DNA from: a virus
Taxonomy: Duplodnaviria > Caudoviricetes
DNA length: 64,000 nucleotides
IMG/VR virus record: IMGVR_UViG_3300027749_000080
Span: 20,195 to 84,194 of that record
Direction: 5' to 3' (one strand)
Part shown: piece by piece, positions 46,705 through 59,100 of the stretch
Position numbering within the stretch: position 1 is the stretch's first letter
How the letters are laid out: every line of letters starts with the position of its first letter
Program-made: the position numbers and the translations under genes
Notes under the pieces: generated by a model
The model's database searches: none
Seen by the model: only the letters and a program-made list of their open reading frames with translations
What the model was told of the DNA's origin: nothing

Positions 46705-47892
46705 TTATTGGATAAAATCGTATCTTAGTTGTTTACGAATTGCATCAACTTTATGAACCTTTATTTGACCTGAGTCAGAAATTTTGGTTCTGCCTTTTAG
46801 GTGATTTACATCACTGTTAAAAGTATTTTCTCCGTCTGGCATTGTGATGGTAATCGAGAAATTAGACTTATCTAAGGAATATGTTAACGTCTGGCCTTCA
46901 ATTTTGTTTTTAAGATCTTGCCATTGAAGTTGCTCTTGACCAATTTTATCATATGAATCGGTTAAGATTATACGAGGTTCGCCTTTTTTAAGAATAACGT
47001 CCTTAACGTAAAATTCAATAGTATCGCCAGAACGATATTGTTTACTAACCTCTTCATAATTTTCAAATTCAGTTTTATGAAGTAATCCAGTAAAGTAGTT
47101 TTGGAATTCAACAAACATTCCAAAGTCATACGGCTTATTAGTTAAAATACCTGTGTATTTTTCTCCAATATTAAGTTCGTGTACTTTTTGAGGTAGAGTT
47201 TGTTTAATATATTTCTTATATGAAACAATGAATAGATCATTAGTTGAATCGTAATTCTCAATCATTACTGGAATTTCCTTATTCAAATATTCGTTAAAGT
47301 CTCTAATTACGTTAGCTGCAGCGTGCGAACCTGGTAAAAAGCATTTAACTGTTCCTTTATAAAGTGCAAGGTATCCGCCTTTAACAAGGTTAGTAACTTT
47401 AACATAGAACCATTTTTCTGTTTTTAAATAGTCTTCCAAATCTTCACGATGAGAAAGAGCAGCACAGCGTTTTTCTGAACCTAAGAAATCTCCATTATCG
47501 TTTTTATAAACAATAACTTTAAAACTATGGTTAACTTCATTGTGAACTAATAATGAAGGCTCTGAACTAAATTCTCTAAATGGAACAAAGATTGTAGATA
47601 AAGATGCATTATCTTGAACTTCAATCATTTTCTCATCAAAGTCAATTTTCTTAGCAGTAACCGTACAAATTTTACCAAGTTCAAAATCTTTATTTGATGG
47701 TACAAATGAGGTTTTTGAATTTGATGAAAAGTACATATCGTACAATTCTTGAGCATAGGGCTCTTTACAGAAAATTTTAAGGCCAGAGCGTTGATCTTCC
47801 GACGTTAATTTAATGGTTTGATTAAATTTAGAATTCCCTTGACTGAATAGTAGATCAAAGTCAATTAATTCTCGGGTGTTGTCTTTTTGCAT
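46705..47892 (-). CDS. rpsA: ribosomal protein S1-like protein (about 3-4 S1 domains)
   Basis: VKGGY...CFLPGS...IVSYKK (D2-like); DFGMFVEF...GLLHKTE (D3-like). Confidence 0.75.
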   Translation of the reverse strand: MQKDNTRELIDFDLLFSQGNSKFNQTIKLTSEDQRSGLKIFCKEPYAQELYDMYFSSNSKTSFVPSNKDFELGKICTVTAKKIDFDEKMIEVQDNASLSTIFVPFREFSSEPSLLVHNEVNHSFKVIVYKNDNGDFLGSEKRCAALSHREDLEDYLKTEKWFYVKVTNLVKGGYLALYKGTVKCFLPGSHAAANVIRDFNEYLNKEIPVMIENYDSTNDLFIVSYKKYIKQTLPQKVHELNIGEKYTGILTNKPYDFGMFVEFQNYFTGLLHKTEFENYEEVSKQYRSGDTIEFYVKDVILKKGEPRIILTDSYDKIGQEQLQWQDLKNKIEGQTLTYSLDKSNFSITITMPDGENTFNSDVNHLKGRTKISDSGQIKVHKVDAIRKQLRYDFIQ

Positions 47893-47919
47893 ATGTTATT
47901 GTTTAAACGTTGCTATCTA

Positions 47920-47947
47920 ATTATACACAAAAGTTGACAGTAGTTTT
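47920..47947 (-). promoter_or_regulatory. putative early/middle promoter AAAAC-N17-TATAAT
   Basis: Bipartite motif upstream of the S1-like gene. Confidence 0.65.
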
Positions 47948-50900
47948 ATGAAGTATGCATTCCTGGGTCAATAAAAATACTAGGTGACCAAGCGGTTGGG
48001 TAGAGGCCTGGCATTTTTGACTGGAATAGAAGAGTACCAGTTGACGCTATACTTCCTCTCCATGCAAGTTCATCTAAAAATATTGCAAATAATGGATTTT
48101 TATGAGTTAATCTTTCCCATGGCGGAAGGTCATCTTGGTTAAAAAATGGGCTTGAGGCAATTCTAGCAACTTGAACTCCTGGCTTATTACCAAATGAGCA
48201 TGCAAGTATTGAAACTAAATAGGCTAATTCTTTAACTACCGGTTCAGCAAAAGTAATAACTGGAATATATGCAGCTTTTAATAAATTAATTGCCTCTAAA
48301 TTTGCTAATTTAAGCTTAGCTGAATTTGGAATTTCTAACTGAATTAGCATTATTGCTAATTTAATTGGAAGAATATACGGATTAGCTGAATCAACTACGG
48401 TAAAACTTAAATCTTTTAAACTTTTAGTTAGTGATAAAATTGGGCCAACTATTGTTTTTAATGGTTCTAAAATTCCATCAATTGCAGTATTTAGTAGGCC
48501 TTTAATTAATTCAACTAGATCAGTTGCGGTAAGCAGCGCAAAATAACTAACAATATCAAGAGGTAACATTGGAATTTTTGGAAGCTTTATATTAAAGCCA
48601 TTAGGTAATGTTATTGAAACATAGTTTGAAGATGCAGTAGTAGAAACCTTTGCAAATTCAGAATTTCCACATGGAATCTGTCTAAGAATCTCTTTTAGTG
48701 AACTTGAGTTTGGTCCTTGATTGGCAGTTAGCATATCACCGGCATCAGATAACATCCTAAGTATTAATTCAAGTAGATAAGCAAGTGCAAGTTTAAGTAA
48801 TGGTTTAATTACAATATCTAATGGTATTACTATTTGAATTGGAAATGGTACACCAGTTGGATTTGGAGATTGTGGAACACTTAATGCGGATAATATTGGT
48901 AATATTACGGCTTGTGAGATTGAAACAATATCGGGTTTTAAAGGTAAAATAATTGGTGGAAGTAATCCAAGTAGTGAATTAAATAAAGTAGTCACCACTG
49001 CAATTCCAATTTCCTCAAGAGCCTCTCCTAATAAACTTTTTAATACATCAATTGTTAGCCCTGATAAAAGAGCATCAAGCAGCGCATTAAAAACTCCAAT
49101 TGCTGCAAGGATTTGTGGTGAAACTATTTCAGGTGGAGGTTGAGCAGCCGCACAACATGGAGCAGCTGGATCAAATAGTTTTAAATTAGGAGCAGCAACA
49201 GATAGTGTAGTAAAAGTTAAGGCTTGTTTAAGACGTTCTTTTCTTAATTTTGCAGCTTCTTTAATTTTACCTTTCTCAGCCTCGCTTAAGTTTGGATCAA
49301 TATCTTCCTCAGCTGGATTAGCATTTCCTTGTAAATAATCTAAAGCTTTATTTGCATATTCTTTAATTGCTTTTTTAAATTCGCTAACGTCTTCTTCTTT
49401 ATTTAAGTTAAATGTTTTTTTACTAAGTAATTTAGCTGGATTAACGTGAGATGCCATTCTTTTTATTTTTGCAATAAGATCAGTAGAGTCAAGATCAAAA
49501 TCTATTAGACCTTTTGCGGCTTTTTCGATTGTTGGTTGCAATCCGCTAATTGCTGATGGTAATTTTGGATTAAGTTTAGTTGGACTATCTGGAAATGAAA
49601 TTGTACCTAAGTTTATTTTATCAATATATGCATCAAAATCATCTAATACACCTGAAATTTTAGAAGATAGTTTAATTGGGTCTAACGATCTTGCTGCTTT
49701 TTTTGATTCGCGCTTCTTTTTTAAGTTTGATTCACCCTCAGCGCCCATTACTTGAGATTCACGGTCCTTTCTGGTTTTATCCTTTAATTTAGCAACGGCA
49801 GTTAGTTGAATTTCTCCTAATTTATTAAATTGGATATTCATACTTCTTTTAAAATCTGCAATTTGTTTATTAAAATCATTTCCTAAATCTAAGTCTAGAA
49901 AGTTCATCATTTTTTCCAAATCGCCAGCATATGATGCAATATACGTAATTGGATCAACTTCACCAATTGGGGTTCCATCTCTGGTTGTAATTTTAGGGTT
50001 TTTGCCAAGTGCTAAAGTTGCAGCAAGTGCAGTAAGTCTAACCGCTTTTGATGCATTTCCAGAAATAGCTAATGGATTAACTAATGAACCTTTAATTAAT
50101 TGCCCCTTGAATGGATTAGCTGGGTCAAGACCTAGCGGATTTTCAGAGGCAGCTGTTTGATCAATTTCAAATCCATATTTTATAGAAGTAGGCGTCATGT
50201 ATACCAATGGAATATTGGGAGCAAGCAACATATACTTATTACCATCAGGCGCAAAATATAGGATATAAATGCTAGGTAATGGTATTCCAACTATTGCAAT
50301 TGGCATGGTTAGAAAAGTAACAAGGGTGCCAACTGGTGTAGATAGTGTAAATAAGGTTCTCCATTTTTGAGGTATTGGTATTAATGCAATACCTAATGGG
50401 GTTGGAATAATATTGTTAATTGGATAATATCTAAATAACGGAGCGGTTAAGTCAGGAATTGGTAAAAGGCTTACTTTATTTAATGATTTCGTAAATTCTC
50501 TCCAATAACAGCTATTTGTCATATCTGGTAAACTTGCATCGGTTCCGCCCAGTGTTCTAATGAATAATGGATCTTTGCCAAGTTTTTTCATTACTTCGGC
50601 TTCACAATCTTTAGTTGGAATAACCGTCGCAGCTGGCCCTTTAAAGCATGCAACATCCGCGATTTTTTTTGCTAGAACGTCTGGGTCCATTGAATTTTCT
50701 TTTATCTTTACATCTAATAATTCAATTTCAGTATTACACTCTTTTATTTTTTCAAGTATTTCAGAATAGGATTTAGTATAATAGGCTAATTTTTCAGGTA
50801 AAACTGAATCAATTGGACTGTATTTAAAATTTCCATTTGAATAAATGCTGGAAGTTTGAGCTCGATATGAGGTAGGCCTAGCTAATTTAAGCTGAACATC

Positions 50901-52310
50901 AGTAGTTCTTCTAAAAAAATCCGCAACTTCTCTTTTTGCAATAACCTTTAATTCATTAATTGTCGGTTCTATTTGATTTGGAAAAACCTTTTCAATTTCT
51001 GCCTTCTTTTTTATTTCAAGGGTTGAGTTTAGAGTTTCATAAAATTTCTCATAAGCTGCTTGGCTTTTAATATAAAATTGAGTATCTCCTTCTGTTATTG
51101 AAACTGGAGCGTTTTCAATTCCTTTAAAAATTGGATCAATTTTATTTGGATCAACTGACAGCCCTCTTTCTTCTAATGTATATAAATATTGAATTGGGTT
51201 TGCAAATTTACGGTATAGTCCAGGATAACCATTTGATACTCGGTTATATAGTGCTCCAGGAACATAGTCATAATTTGATAAAGGGTCAGAATTTACAGAA
51301 TCAGCTGGGATACTTGAACAAAATGTTGCAAGAGTATTAGCAAATGGAGTATTGGTTAAATGAGTATTTTCTTTAACTGGAATATATTTAGTAATTGATT
51401 CAGAGCTGCCATCCTGTTTTATTTGAGGTACATTTATCGTAGTTATATCTAAATCAATTAATCTAACTCCAAAGGCTGCTGTAAATGCAGGAATATTAAT
51501 GATAGTAGAGGTTTGATCATTATCAAAATATGGAATAAATTGGCCGCTTATTTTTTTACATAAAGAACTGAGGGTTTGAGAAGTAGTCGATGCAGATCCA
51601 AGTGGAGGTAGTGAGCTAATTTTTTCGGATAGAGCATTGGTTGCTCCTTGTTTAGCAACAATTTGATTTTCTTCTGCAACAATTCTATTTTTACGAGCTT
51701 CATAATATAGTTTATAAGCTGAACCACTTATTAGAATATTATAGGCGTTTTCTGAAATAAGATATGTTAATATCTTATTCGAATCATATGTTGTAAATGT
51801 TTTAAAGGTTGAGTCACTTAAATTACTAATTATACTAAATGCATAATAATAATTACCATAATTGTTATAGTTATTAATATACTCATTCCAAATTTGATTT
51901 TCAATAGCTAGTGTTCGGGTATATTCATCAGTCCAATATAAGAATTGGGAAGTTAATGGTTCAACGTTAGATATTGTAGAATTAAAAAAGTCTAGTCGTT
52001 CTTTGTAATACTCTGAAATAACTGTATAATGGTCAAGTGCTTCTTGTACTCGACCTTTAACTACGGCAATTTCAATAGTAGTTGCCTGCTTTGCCATTTG
52101 ATTAATTAAAATAGCCTTTACGTCTTCAACTCCTTGGTTAATACAATTGCCATTATCTGCTGGCATTGGAATTTTAAACTCTTTTGCAACTGGGGCAATA
52201 GGTTCAGGTAAACAGGCTTTTACATTAGCTAGGTCAGCATCAGTAAAAACAGGCGATGCAAGCTTTCCGCACTTAATATCATTAATTAGGCTTTTAAATG
52301 TGACGTTCAA
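47946..52310 (-). CDS. large hypothetical protein (1454 aa), possibly virion-associated
   Basis: Long ORF with TTG start, Pro/Ile/Leu-rich segments; GATAGATAAA late-box variant upstream. Confidence 0.65.
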   Translation of the reverse strand: MNVTFKSLINDIKCGKLASPVFTDADLANVKACLPEPIAPVAKEFKIPMPADNGNCINQGVEDVKAILINQMAKQATTIEIAVVKGRVQEALDHYTVISEYYKERLDFFNSTISNVEPLTSQFLYWTDEYTRTLAIENQIWNEYINNYNNYGNYYYAFSIISNLSDSTFKTFTTYDSNKILTYLISENAYNILISGSAYKLYYEARKNRIVAEENQIVAKQGATNALSEKISSLPPLGSASTTSQTLSSLCKKISGQFIPYFDNDQTSTIINIPAFTAAFGVRLIDLDITTINVPQIKQDGSSESITKYIPVKENTHLTNTPFANTLATFCSSIPADSVNSDPLSNYDYVPGALYNRVSNGYPGLYRKFANPIQYLYTLEERGLSVDPNKIDPIFKGIENAPVSITEGDTQFYIKSQAAYEKFYETLNSTLEIKKKAEIEKVFPNQIEPTINELKVIAKREVADFFRRTTDVQLKLARPTSYRAQTSSIYSNGNFKYSPIDSVLPEKLAYYTKSYSEILEKIKECNTEIELLDVKIKENSMDPDVLAKKIADVACFKGPAATVIPTKDCEAEVMKKLGKDPLFIRTLGGTDASLPDMTNSCYWREFTKSLNKVSLLPIPDLTAPLFRYYPINNIIPTPLGIALIPIPQKWRTLFTLSTPVGTLVTFLTMPIAIVGIPLPSIYILYFAPDGNKYMLLAPNIPLVYMTPTSIKYGFEIDQTAASENPLGLDPANPFKGQLIKGSLVNPLAISGNASKAVRLTALAATLALGKNPKITTRDGTPIGEVDPITYIASYAGDLEKMMNFLDLDLGNDFNKQIADFKRSMNIQFNKLGEIQLTAVAKLKDKTRKDRESQVMGAEGESNLKKKRESKKAARSLDPIKLSSKISGVLDDFDAYIDKINLGTISFPDSPTKLNPKLPSAISGLQPTIEKAAKGLIDFDLDSTDLIAKIKRMASHVNPAKLLSKKTFNLNKEEDVSEFKKAIKEYANKALDYLQGNANPAEEDIDPNLSEAEKGKIKEAAKLRKERLKQALTFTTLSVAAPNLKLFDPAAPCCAAAQPPPEIVSPQILAAIGVFNALLDALLSGLTIDVLKSLLGEALEEIGIAVVTTLFNSLLGLLPPIILPLKPDIVSISQAVILPILSALSVPQSPNPTGVPFPIQIVIPLDIVIKPLLKLALAYLLELILRMLSDAGDMLTANQGPNSSSLKEILRQIPCGNSEFAKVSTTASSNYVSITLPNGFNIKLPKIPMLPLDIVSYFALLTATDLVELIKGLLNTAIDGILEPLKTIVGPILSLTKSLKDLSFTVVDSANPYILPIKLAIMLIQLEIPNSAKLKLANLEAINLLKAAYIPVITFAEPVVKELAYLVSILACSFGNKPGVQVARIASSPFFNQDDLPPWERLTHKNPLFAIFLDELAWRGSIASTGTLLFQSKMPGLYPTAWSPSIFIDPGMHTS

Positions 52311-52356
52311 TGAATTAGGTTCTTTATTTTATCTATCATTCTCTCTAAATAGAACA

Positions 52357-52384
52357 GCGCTTGTGAGGGTTACTCAACAAGCGC
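52357..52384 (-). terminator. hairpin after groEL
   Basis: GCGCTTGTTGAG-TAACC-CTCACAAGCGC then TGTTCTATTT. Confidence 0.6.
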
Positions 52385-52410
52385 CGATCTGCAATTGTAA
52401 TTTAAAATTA

Positions 52411-53994
<1,584 letters not shown>

Positions 53995-54007
53995 TTATTT
54001 GATTATT

Positions 54008-54751
54008 TTACTTTATTATTATATCTGATTTTTCAATTTGGTTTAGGTTAGAAAGCTTTAATGCCACTTGAATTAAGGTAATAACGTCTTTTTGGCAGTA
54101 TTCTTTAATTCCTTCAACGTTTCCAGCCCAATAATTCTCATGCACTTGTTCGCCTTTCATTGCATCTTTGGGGGAGTCAATGCCAAGTACAGTAGCTAAA
54201 AGGTCAAGCGATGTGAATCCTTCTTGCCATGCACCAAATGACCAAAGTTCGGAAGTATCAACTATTGAAGTTTCCCAAGGTTTTTTATCCCATACTTGTA
54301 ATGGAGTTGCTGGCTCAATATTAAGAATGAATGCTCTTTTACATAGGAACGGAACATCAAATCTTTTAACGTTATGGCCAGCAATTTTTACGCCAGTCTT
54401 TGAAAGAGCTGACATTAGTTTAAAGGACTGCCGTAGGATTTCGGCTTCATCATCACCAGCATAGGAAACAATTTGAGCAGTTGGCACGCCATCTACAAAT
54501 TTCATTTTGCCAAATGAGACACAAACAACTCTACCGAATTCAGCATGCAGAGCCGATTTCATTTGATAAAGCTCTTCATCTGACTTGTCTTTATTATCTG
54601 GGTATTTAGCCCCTAACTGATTTTTAAGGATTTCTGCTTTAGCTGACCATAACTCTTGCATTTTAGGTGAAAGAGAATCAGCATGATTGGCAGTACCGGC
54701 TGTTTCTATATCAAAAAACAGCATTTTTTCTAATTGGTGTGGATCGAACAT
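54008..54751 (-). CDS. PolB-like DEDDy 3'-5' exonuclease
   Basis: [19 protein letters not shown]. Confidence 0.85.
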   Translation of the reverse strand: MFDPHQLEKMLFFDIETAGTANHADSLSPKMQELWSAKAEILKNQLGAKYPDNKDKSDEELYQMKSALHAEFGRVVCVSFGKMKFVDGVPTAQIVSYAGDDEAEILRQSFKLMSALSKTGVKIAGHNVKRFDVPFLCKRAFILNIEPATPLQVWDKKPWETSIVDTSELWSFGAWQEGFTSLDLLATVLGIDSPKDAMKGEQVHENYWAGNVEGIKEYCQKDVITLIQVALKLSNLNQIEKSDIIIK

Positions 54752-54900
54752 GAATTTAGTGTTATAAGTTAGGCTAATTATACCTATAAAAAGAATTAAG
54801 TAGCTAAGTCTAAAGTTTACTTAATTTTTAATATTAATAAAATAAGTAGACTAAGAATCAACTAACTAAGTTTCTGACGCTATACCCTCCCAACACCCTT

Positions 54901-54928
54901 ATTCTACAGTACATTTTACAAAGGTTTT
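54901..54928 (-). promoter_or_regulatory. putative early/middle promoter AAAAC-N17-TAGAAT
   Basis: Drives exonuclease-groEL; back-to-back with the plus-strand copy. Confidence 0.65.
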
Positions 54929-54932
54929 AAAC

Positions 54933-54960
54933 AAAACTAAAAAATAGTTATGAGTAGAAT
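54933..54960 (+). promoter_or_regulatory. putative early/middle promoter AAAAC-N17-TAGAAT
   Basis: Drives the RuvC-like and gp55-like genes. Confidence 0.65.
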
Positions 54961-54983
54961 ATTTAAAATGATTAAAATGAACC

Positions 54984-55649
54984 TTGGTAGTAATTGGTAT
55001 AGACTTTTCAATACAGTTTCCAGCTGTATGCATCTGTAAAGACTTTAAAAGTTTTCATTGGATTGCGTGTGTTAATACCAATACGACTAAAGCCCATCGA
55101 AAATTACTTGAAGATACGCAACTTCAATTTCCTGGACTCGAATTCATATTTTTACCCCCCAAGAACTTTAAATACGATACCTACTCTGGTGTAGAACGTG
55201 CTAAATTAGCAAACTATTCACTGCTAGTTGATACCCTAATAAATCGAGTAAAAGAGGTCATTAAACCAGAACCAGACCGAATCATTTCAATTGAAGGTAT
55301 TGCGTATGGGGCTCAAGGTAATGCCTTATTAGATATAGCTCAGTCAACTGGAATGCTTAGAAAAAAGGTGCTAGATGACTTATTAAATAACAAGCAGGAA
55401 AGTCTATTCATATTTTCACCTGGCGAACTTAAAAATGCAATTGGTGCAAAGGGTAATGCTGGTAAAATTGACGTTTACAAACAGTTTATGGAAACCCCGC
55501 TGCTTGCAAAAGACAGTAGTTTACATAAAGTATTAATTCAATATAATGATCAAATTATTAAAAAAGATGTGGTAGGTTCGCCATTTATGGACATGATTGA
55601 TTCGTATTTAGCCGTCCTTAAGGTCTACACATCACTAAAAGAATCCTAA
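54984..55649 (+). CDS. RuvC-like Holliday junction resolvase
   Basis: IGIDFS, IEG, P.ELK...G..GNA.K, DMIDS; TTG start. Confidence 0.7.
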   Translation: MVVIGIDFSIQFPAVCICKDFKSFHWIACVNTNTTKAHRKLLEDTQLQFPGLEFIFLPPKNFKYDTYSGVERAKLANYSLLVDTLINRVKEVIKPEPDRIISIEGIAYGAQGNALLDIAQSTGMLRKKVLDDLLNNKQESLFIFSPGELKNAIGAKGNAGKIDVYKQFMETPLLAKDSSLHKVLIQYNDQIIKKDVVGSPFMDMIDSYLAVLKVYTSLKES

Positions 55650-55653
55650 CCAA

Positions 55654-56073
55654 ATGGCAAAGGCTAAAGAAAGTAAGTATTACATTAACAACCGAGATTT
55701 TACTAATGAAATTATCAGGTGCAAGCATGGAATGCTTAATGAAGTAACCGGTTATCAGCACACTGCTGGAGAATTATCCCCTATTGCAATCAATTATTTT
55801 ATAATTCTAGCAAATAGAGCAATCTTAAAATTAAGGTTTAGCAATCCACTCGATAAAGAGGACTGTATTCAGTCGGCTCTATTAGATCTACTTAGATATT
55901 GGAGAAACTTTAACGAAGAAAAATCAAACAATGCATTTGCCTATTTTACGCAGATTGCAAAGAACGGATATGCAAAGGAATACAAAAAGATTTACAAACA
56001 CATAGGTAAAGGCGAAAAGGTTGAGTTTGTATCATTAAGCCATTCTGGAGAAAGTGAAATCTATACGATATGA
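55654..56073 (+). CDS. late-transcription sigma factor, T4 gp55-like
   Basis: YINN.DF, EDCIQ.A, NF.EEKS.NAFAYFTQI. Confidence 0.8.
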   Translation: MAKAKESKYYINNRDFTNEIIRCKHGMLNEVTGYQHTAGELSPIAINYFIILANRAILKLRFSNPLDKEDCIQSALLDLLRYWRNFNEEKSNNAFAYFTQIAKNGYAKEYKKIYKHIGKGEKVEFVSLSHSGESEIYTI

Positions 56074-56121
56074 ACATTTTTGTACCTAGTCATATATAAA
56101 TCCACTAGCACTAACCTCCTT

Positions 56122-56131
56122 AATAAATAAA
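56122..56131 (+). promoter_or_regulatory. putative late promoter AATAAATAAA
   Basis: Upstream of 56155. Confidence 0.6.
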
Positions 56132-56154
56132 GGTAAAGAGCTGGGCAATAACTC

Positions 56155-59100
56155 ATGAACATTAATAATCTGGTATTTTTTGATAAAAATGGTGAATCTT
56201 ATAACTTTTCACAAAACACCGAAACCGGTGCTTGGGAAGGTTCTGATTACTTTTTACCAATATCAACTGCGTTATATGACGTTTCAAACCTGTTTATTCT
56301 TGAAAAGGTTGGAGATAATTACAGATTTCCAGTTTTAGAACCTGGCTCTAAATTAACAGTTACTTGGCAAACTGCTGAGTCTGCTGATAATTTTTTCTTA
56401 TTTACAATAGCAAAAGAGGATAAACATACCGATTCAACTACCTACTTATCAAGACAGTCTAGGCTTGATATAAATTACGAAGATCTTTCACCGGGCGGAT
56501 TTGTTAATCTGGATTTAGCTTACCCATTACAATTAAATGTAGGATTTTCTCCATCAGAAGAGGTTAGTTATAACCGAATCTTAAATATTCATTATGAAAC
56601 TGGTTCAGGTAAGACACTAATTGCCTCTATTTACTTTTACGGTGAAGGCGAAGATGAAGATGAACGTTTCCGAATTTGGTTAGCCAACTTTGGAATCAAG
56701 TTTAATCGAGAAGATGCTCTTTTACTAAAAGATTACGACCTAAAAGAAGGTTTACCTGACTGGAAACAAATTAACCAAGCCCGAAAGCAGCTATTAGTAA
56801 ACCGCGATCAAATTTATCCATACGTTGGTACCTATAAAGGACTTATTAATATTATTAATATTTTAGGGTATCGAGATGTACTTAGAGTAAAGGAATATTG
56901 GCAAGATCAGGACTCCAAGTCTGGATACTATGGCAAATATGCGATGGTTGACGTTACTGACCTACTTACAACAGGTTCAATTGATGAATTAGATTTAGTT
57001 GATCTAAATGGCCAACTTAAAAAAGGCGGAAAATTTAAAAAGACTGAATTTCTTGCGCTGGTTTATGAATTTTCAGTTGCCAGCAATGTTTATGATGACG
57101 ATGGTGTTCCAGAAGTTGAATTTACCACAGATTTCACAGTAGACGAAATATTTTATAAATTAAATCGCCTTTCTACTAAATTAAAAACTGAAATTTTACC
57201 AATAAACGTTGTAATTAAGGACGTTATTGGAGAATTCATATATTTTAGTAAATTTAATATTAGAAGTTGGTCAGATTCTGCAATAATTACTGAATTGCAG
57301 ATAAATGATGACTATAATACTATAATTAATCATCCATCTTCTAAATCTCAACTACTATTAATTAGAGATATTAAACCTCTATACCCTAAGCTTAATGGAA
57401 CCTCAGAATTTCCTGAAATTACTTTTAATCAAACCACAATTTTCCCATATCAAAATGGCCAAAAGTATACAATATCAGAAATGCCAAGTTTTATCACGGC
57501 AATTGCTGATTACTATAGTGATATAAATCGATATGAATTTGAATTACACGGACAAACCAATCCAACTGTAACTGGCGATGATATTGATGGAAAAGTAGGT
57601 TGCCCAATTACACTTGAAGCCTATATTCCAGACTTTATGTTAGCTGATTTAGATGGATCAAAATTTGGTGATTTTAGTGGCAGCCATTTTACAATAGGTA
57701 ATATTCGATACCGTAACGGTTATGAAATTGAGTGGAATATTACAGGACCTCAAGGTTATGTATTTAATTGGAGAAGCAATCTTACTGATTTAGTTAAACT
57801 GCCTCATATTTTACCACATGTCGGAGATTATTCAATTAAATCAACTGTTTATGATTTACAAGGCGGTCAAAATGTTAGCTATTTACACACAACTGTACTT
57901 AATGAAGAGCCAGTAATTGAAGTATTTATGAAGGTCCAAGATAAACCTAAATACCAAATTAAGGACTTACATAATATAATGATTAAAGATCTTGGAGATA
58001 GTCCACTATATTTACCATTTGCAAATGTAGTTCAAGGAAATACATTTAATTCAGGATTATCTCAACACTATTTAGATTGGAACACCTATTCAAATAACTT
58101 TGGAGTAGGTAATCCACAAACTGAATCTGAAATATTTACAGAAGGTACTGGCTTTGAATTAATTAAAAATTCTACAAATTCTGCTAAATTACAATATGGA
58201 ACAGGTTCAAGTCAAGAAGGTCAACCTACGCTTGGAGATTATAGAAATGCAACACTACAAGACCTAATTCTAAATAGGCTATCTGATTTTTCATATACGG
58301 CTGACCGATTAAATGGATTTATAATTAAACTGGCTGAATACCCAAGCCATACTCTAACTTACCTTAATTTCTATTCAGACGATACACTAGGTGCATATGC
58401 ATTGGGCTCATATACTGATGCTGAGGATTTAGCTGATCAATTAAATCATGAAACCGCTGATCTAAATATTCAAGAATATCGATACGTTGCAGTAAACGAA
58501 AATATTCATGCTCATGCAAAGAGACAAGACAGAACGCTACACCGAGTTTTGGCATTAACTTATCAAGGCTCTCCTAGGTTTACTGAACATGTATATACGT
58601 TTAGTTATCCTAGACTAGTATATTCACCGACCCTAGTTAGTACCTTAAATTCACAGCTTTCTCAAATTGCTAAAGAAATAGATGAGGACTTATTATTTTT
58701 AAGTGTACCGTTTGATGACTGTTTAAGAAAAACTGGAGAAACCGCTTATTCGAATGGGTCATTTATAATTCCAAGTTCCTTTCCAAGTGCTAAAACTTTT
58801 ATCCTAACTCGTCCTCAGGAATTTATAGTAGGTAAAAAGGTCAGGGCCTCTAGTATATCAAACCCATCTGATTGGGCTGAAGGTATAGTGACTCAGCCTG
58901 CGGGTATAGATAGAATCCTTATAACTTTCTCAAGTAGTTCATTAACTGGTAATGTTGTATCAGACTGGAAATTTGAATATGTTGAAAGTATCGCTAATTT
59001 AACCCCAACTGAAGCAGTTGCTGGTACCCCAGATTATTGGATTAATAATCAATTTGGAAACTATATTGAATTTTCATCAACTACTGATCCAACTGCCACA

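Noticed and set aside
52357-52384. CIRCE heat-shock operator near groEL
   Set aside because: It lies downstream of groEL and does not match TTAGCACTC-N9-GAGTGCTAA; a terminator hairpin explains it better.
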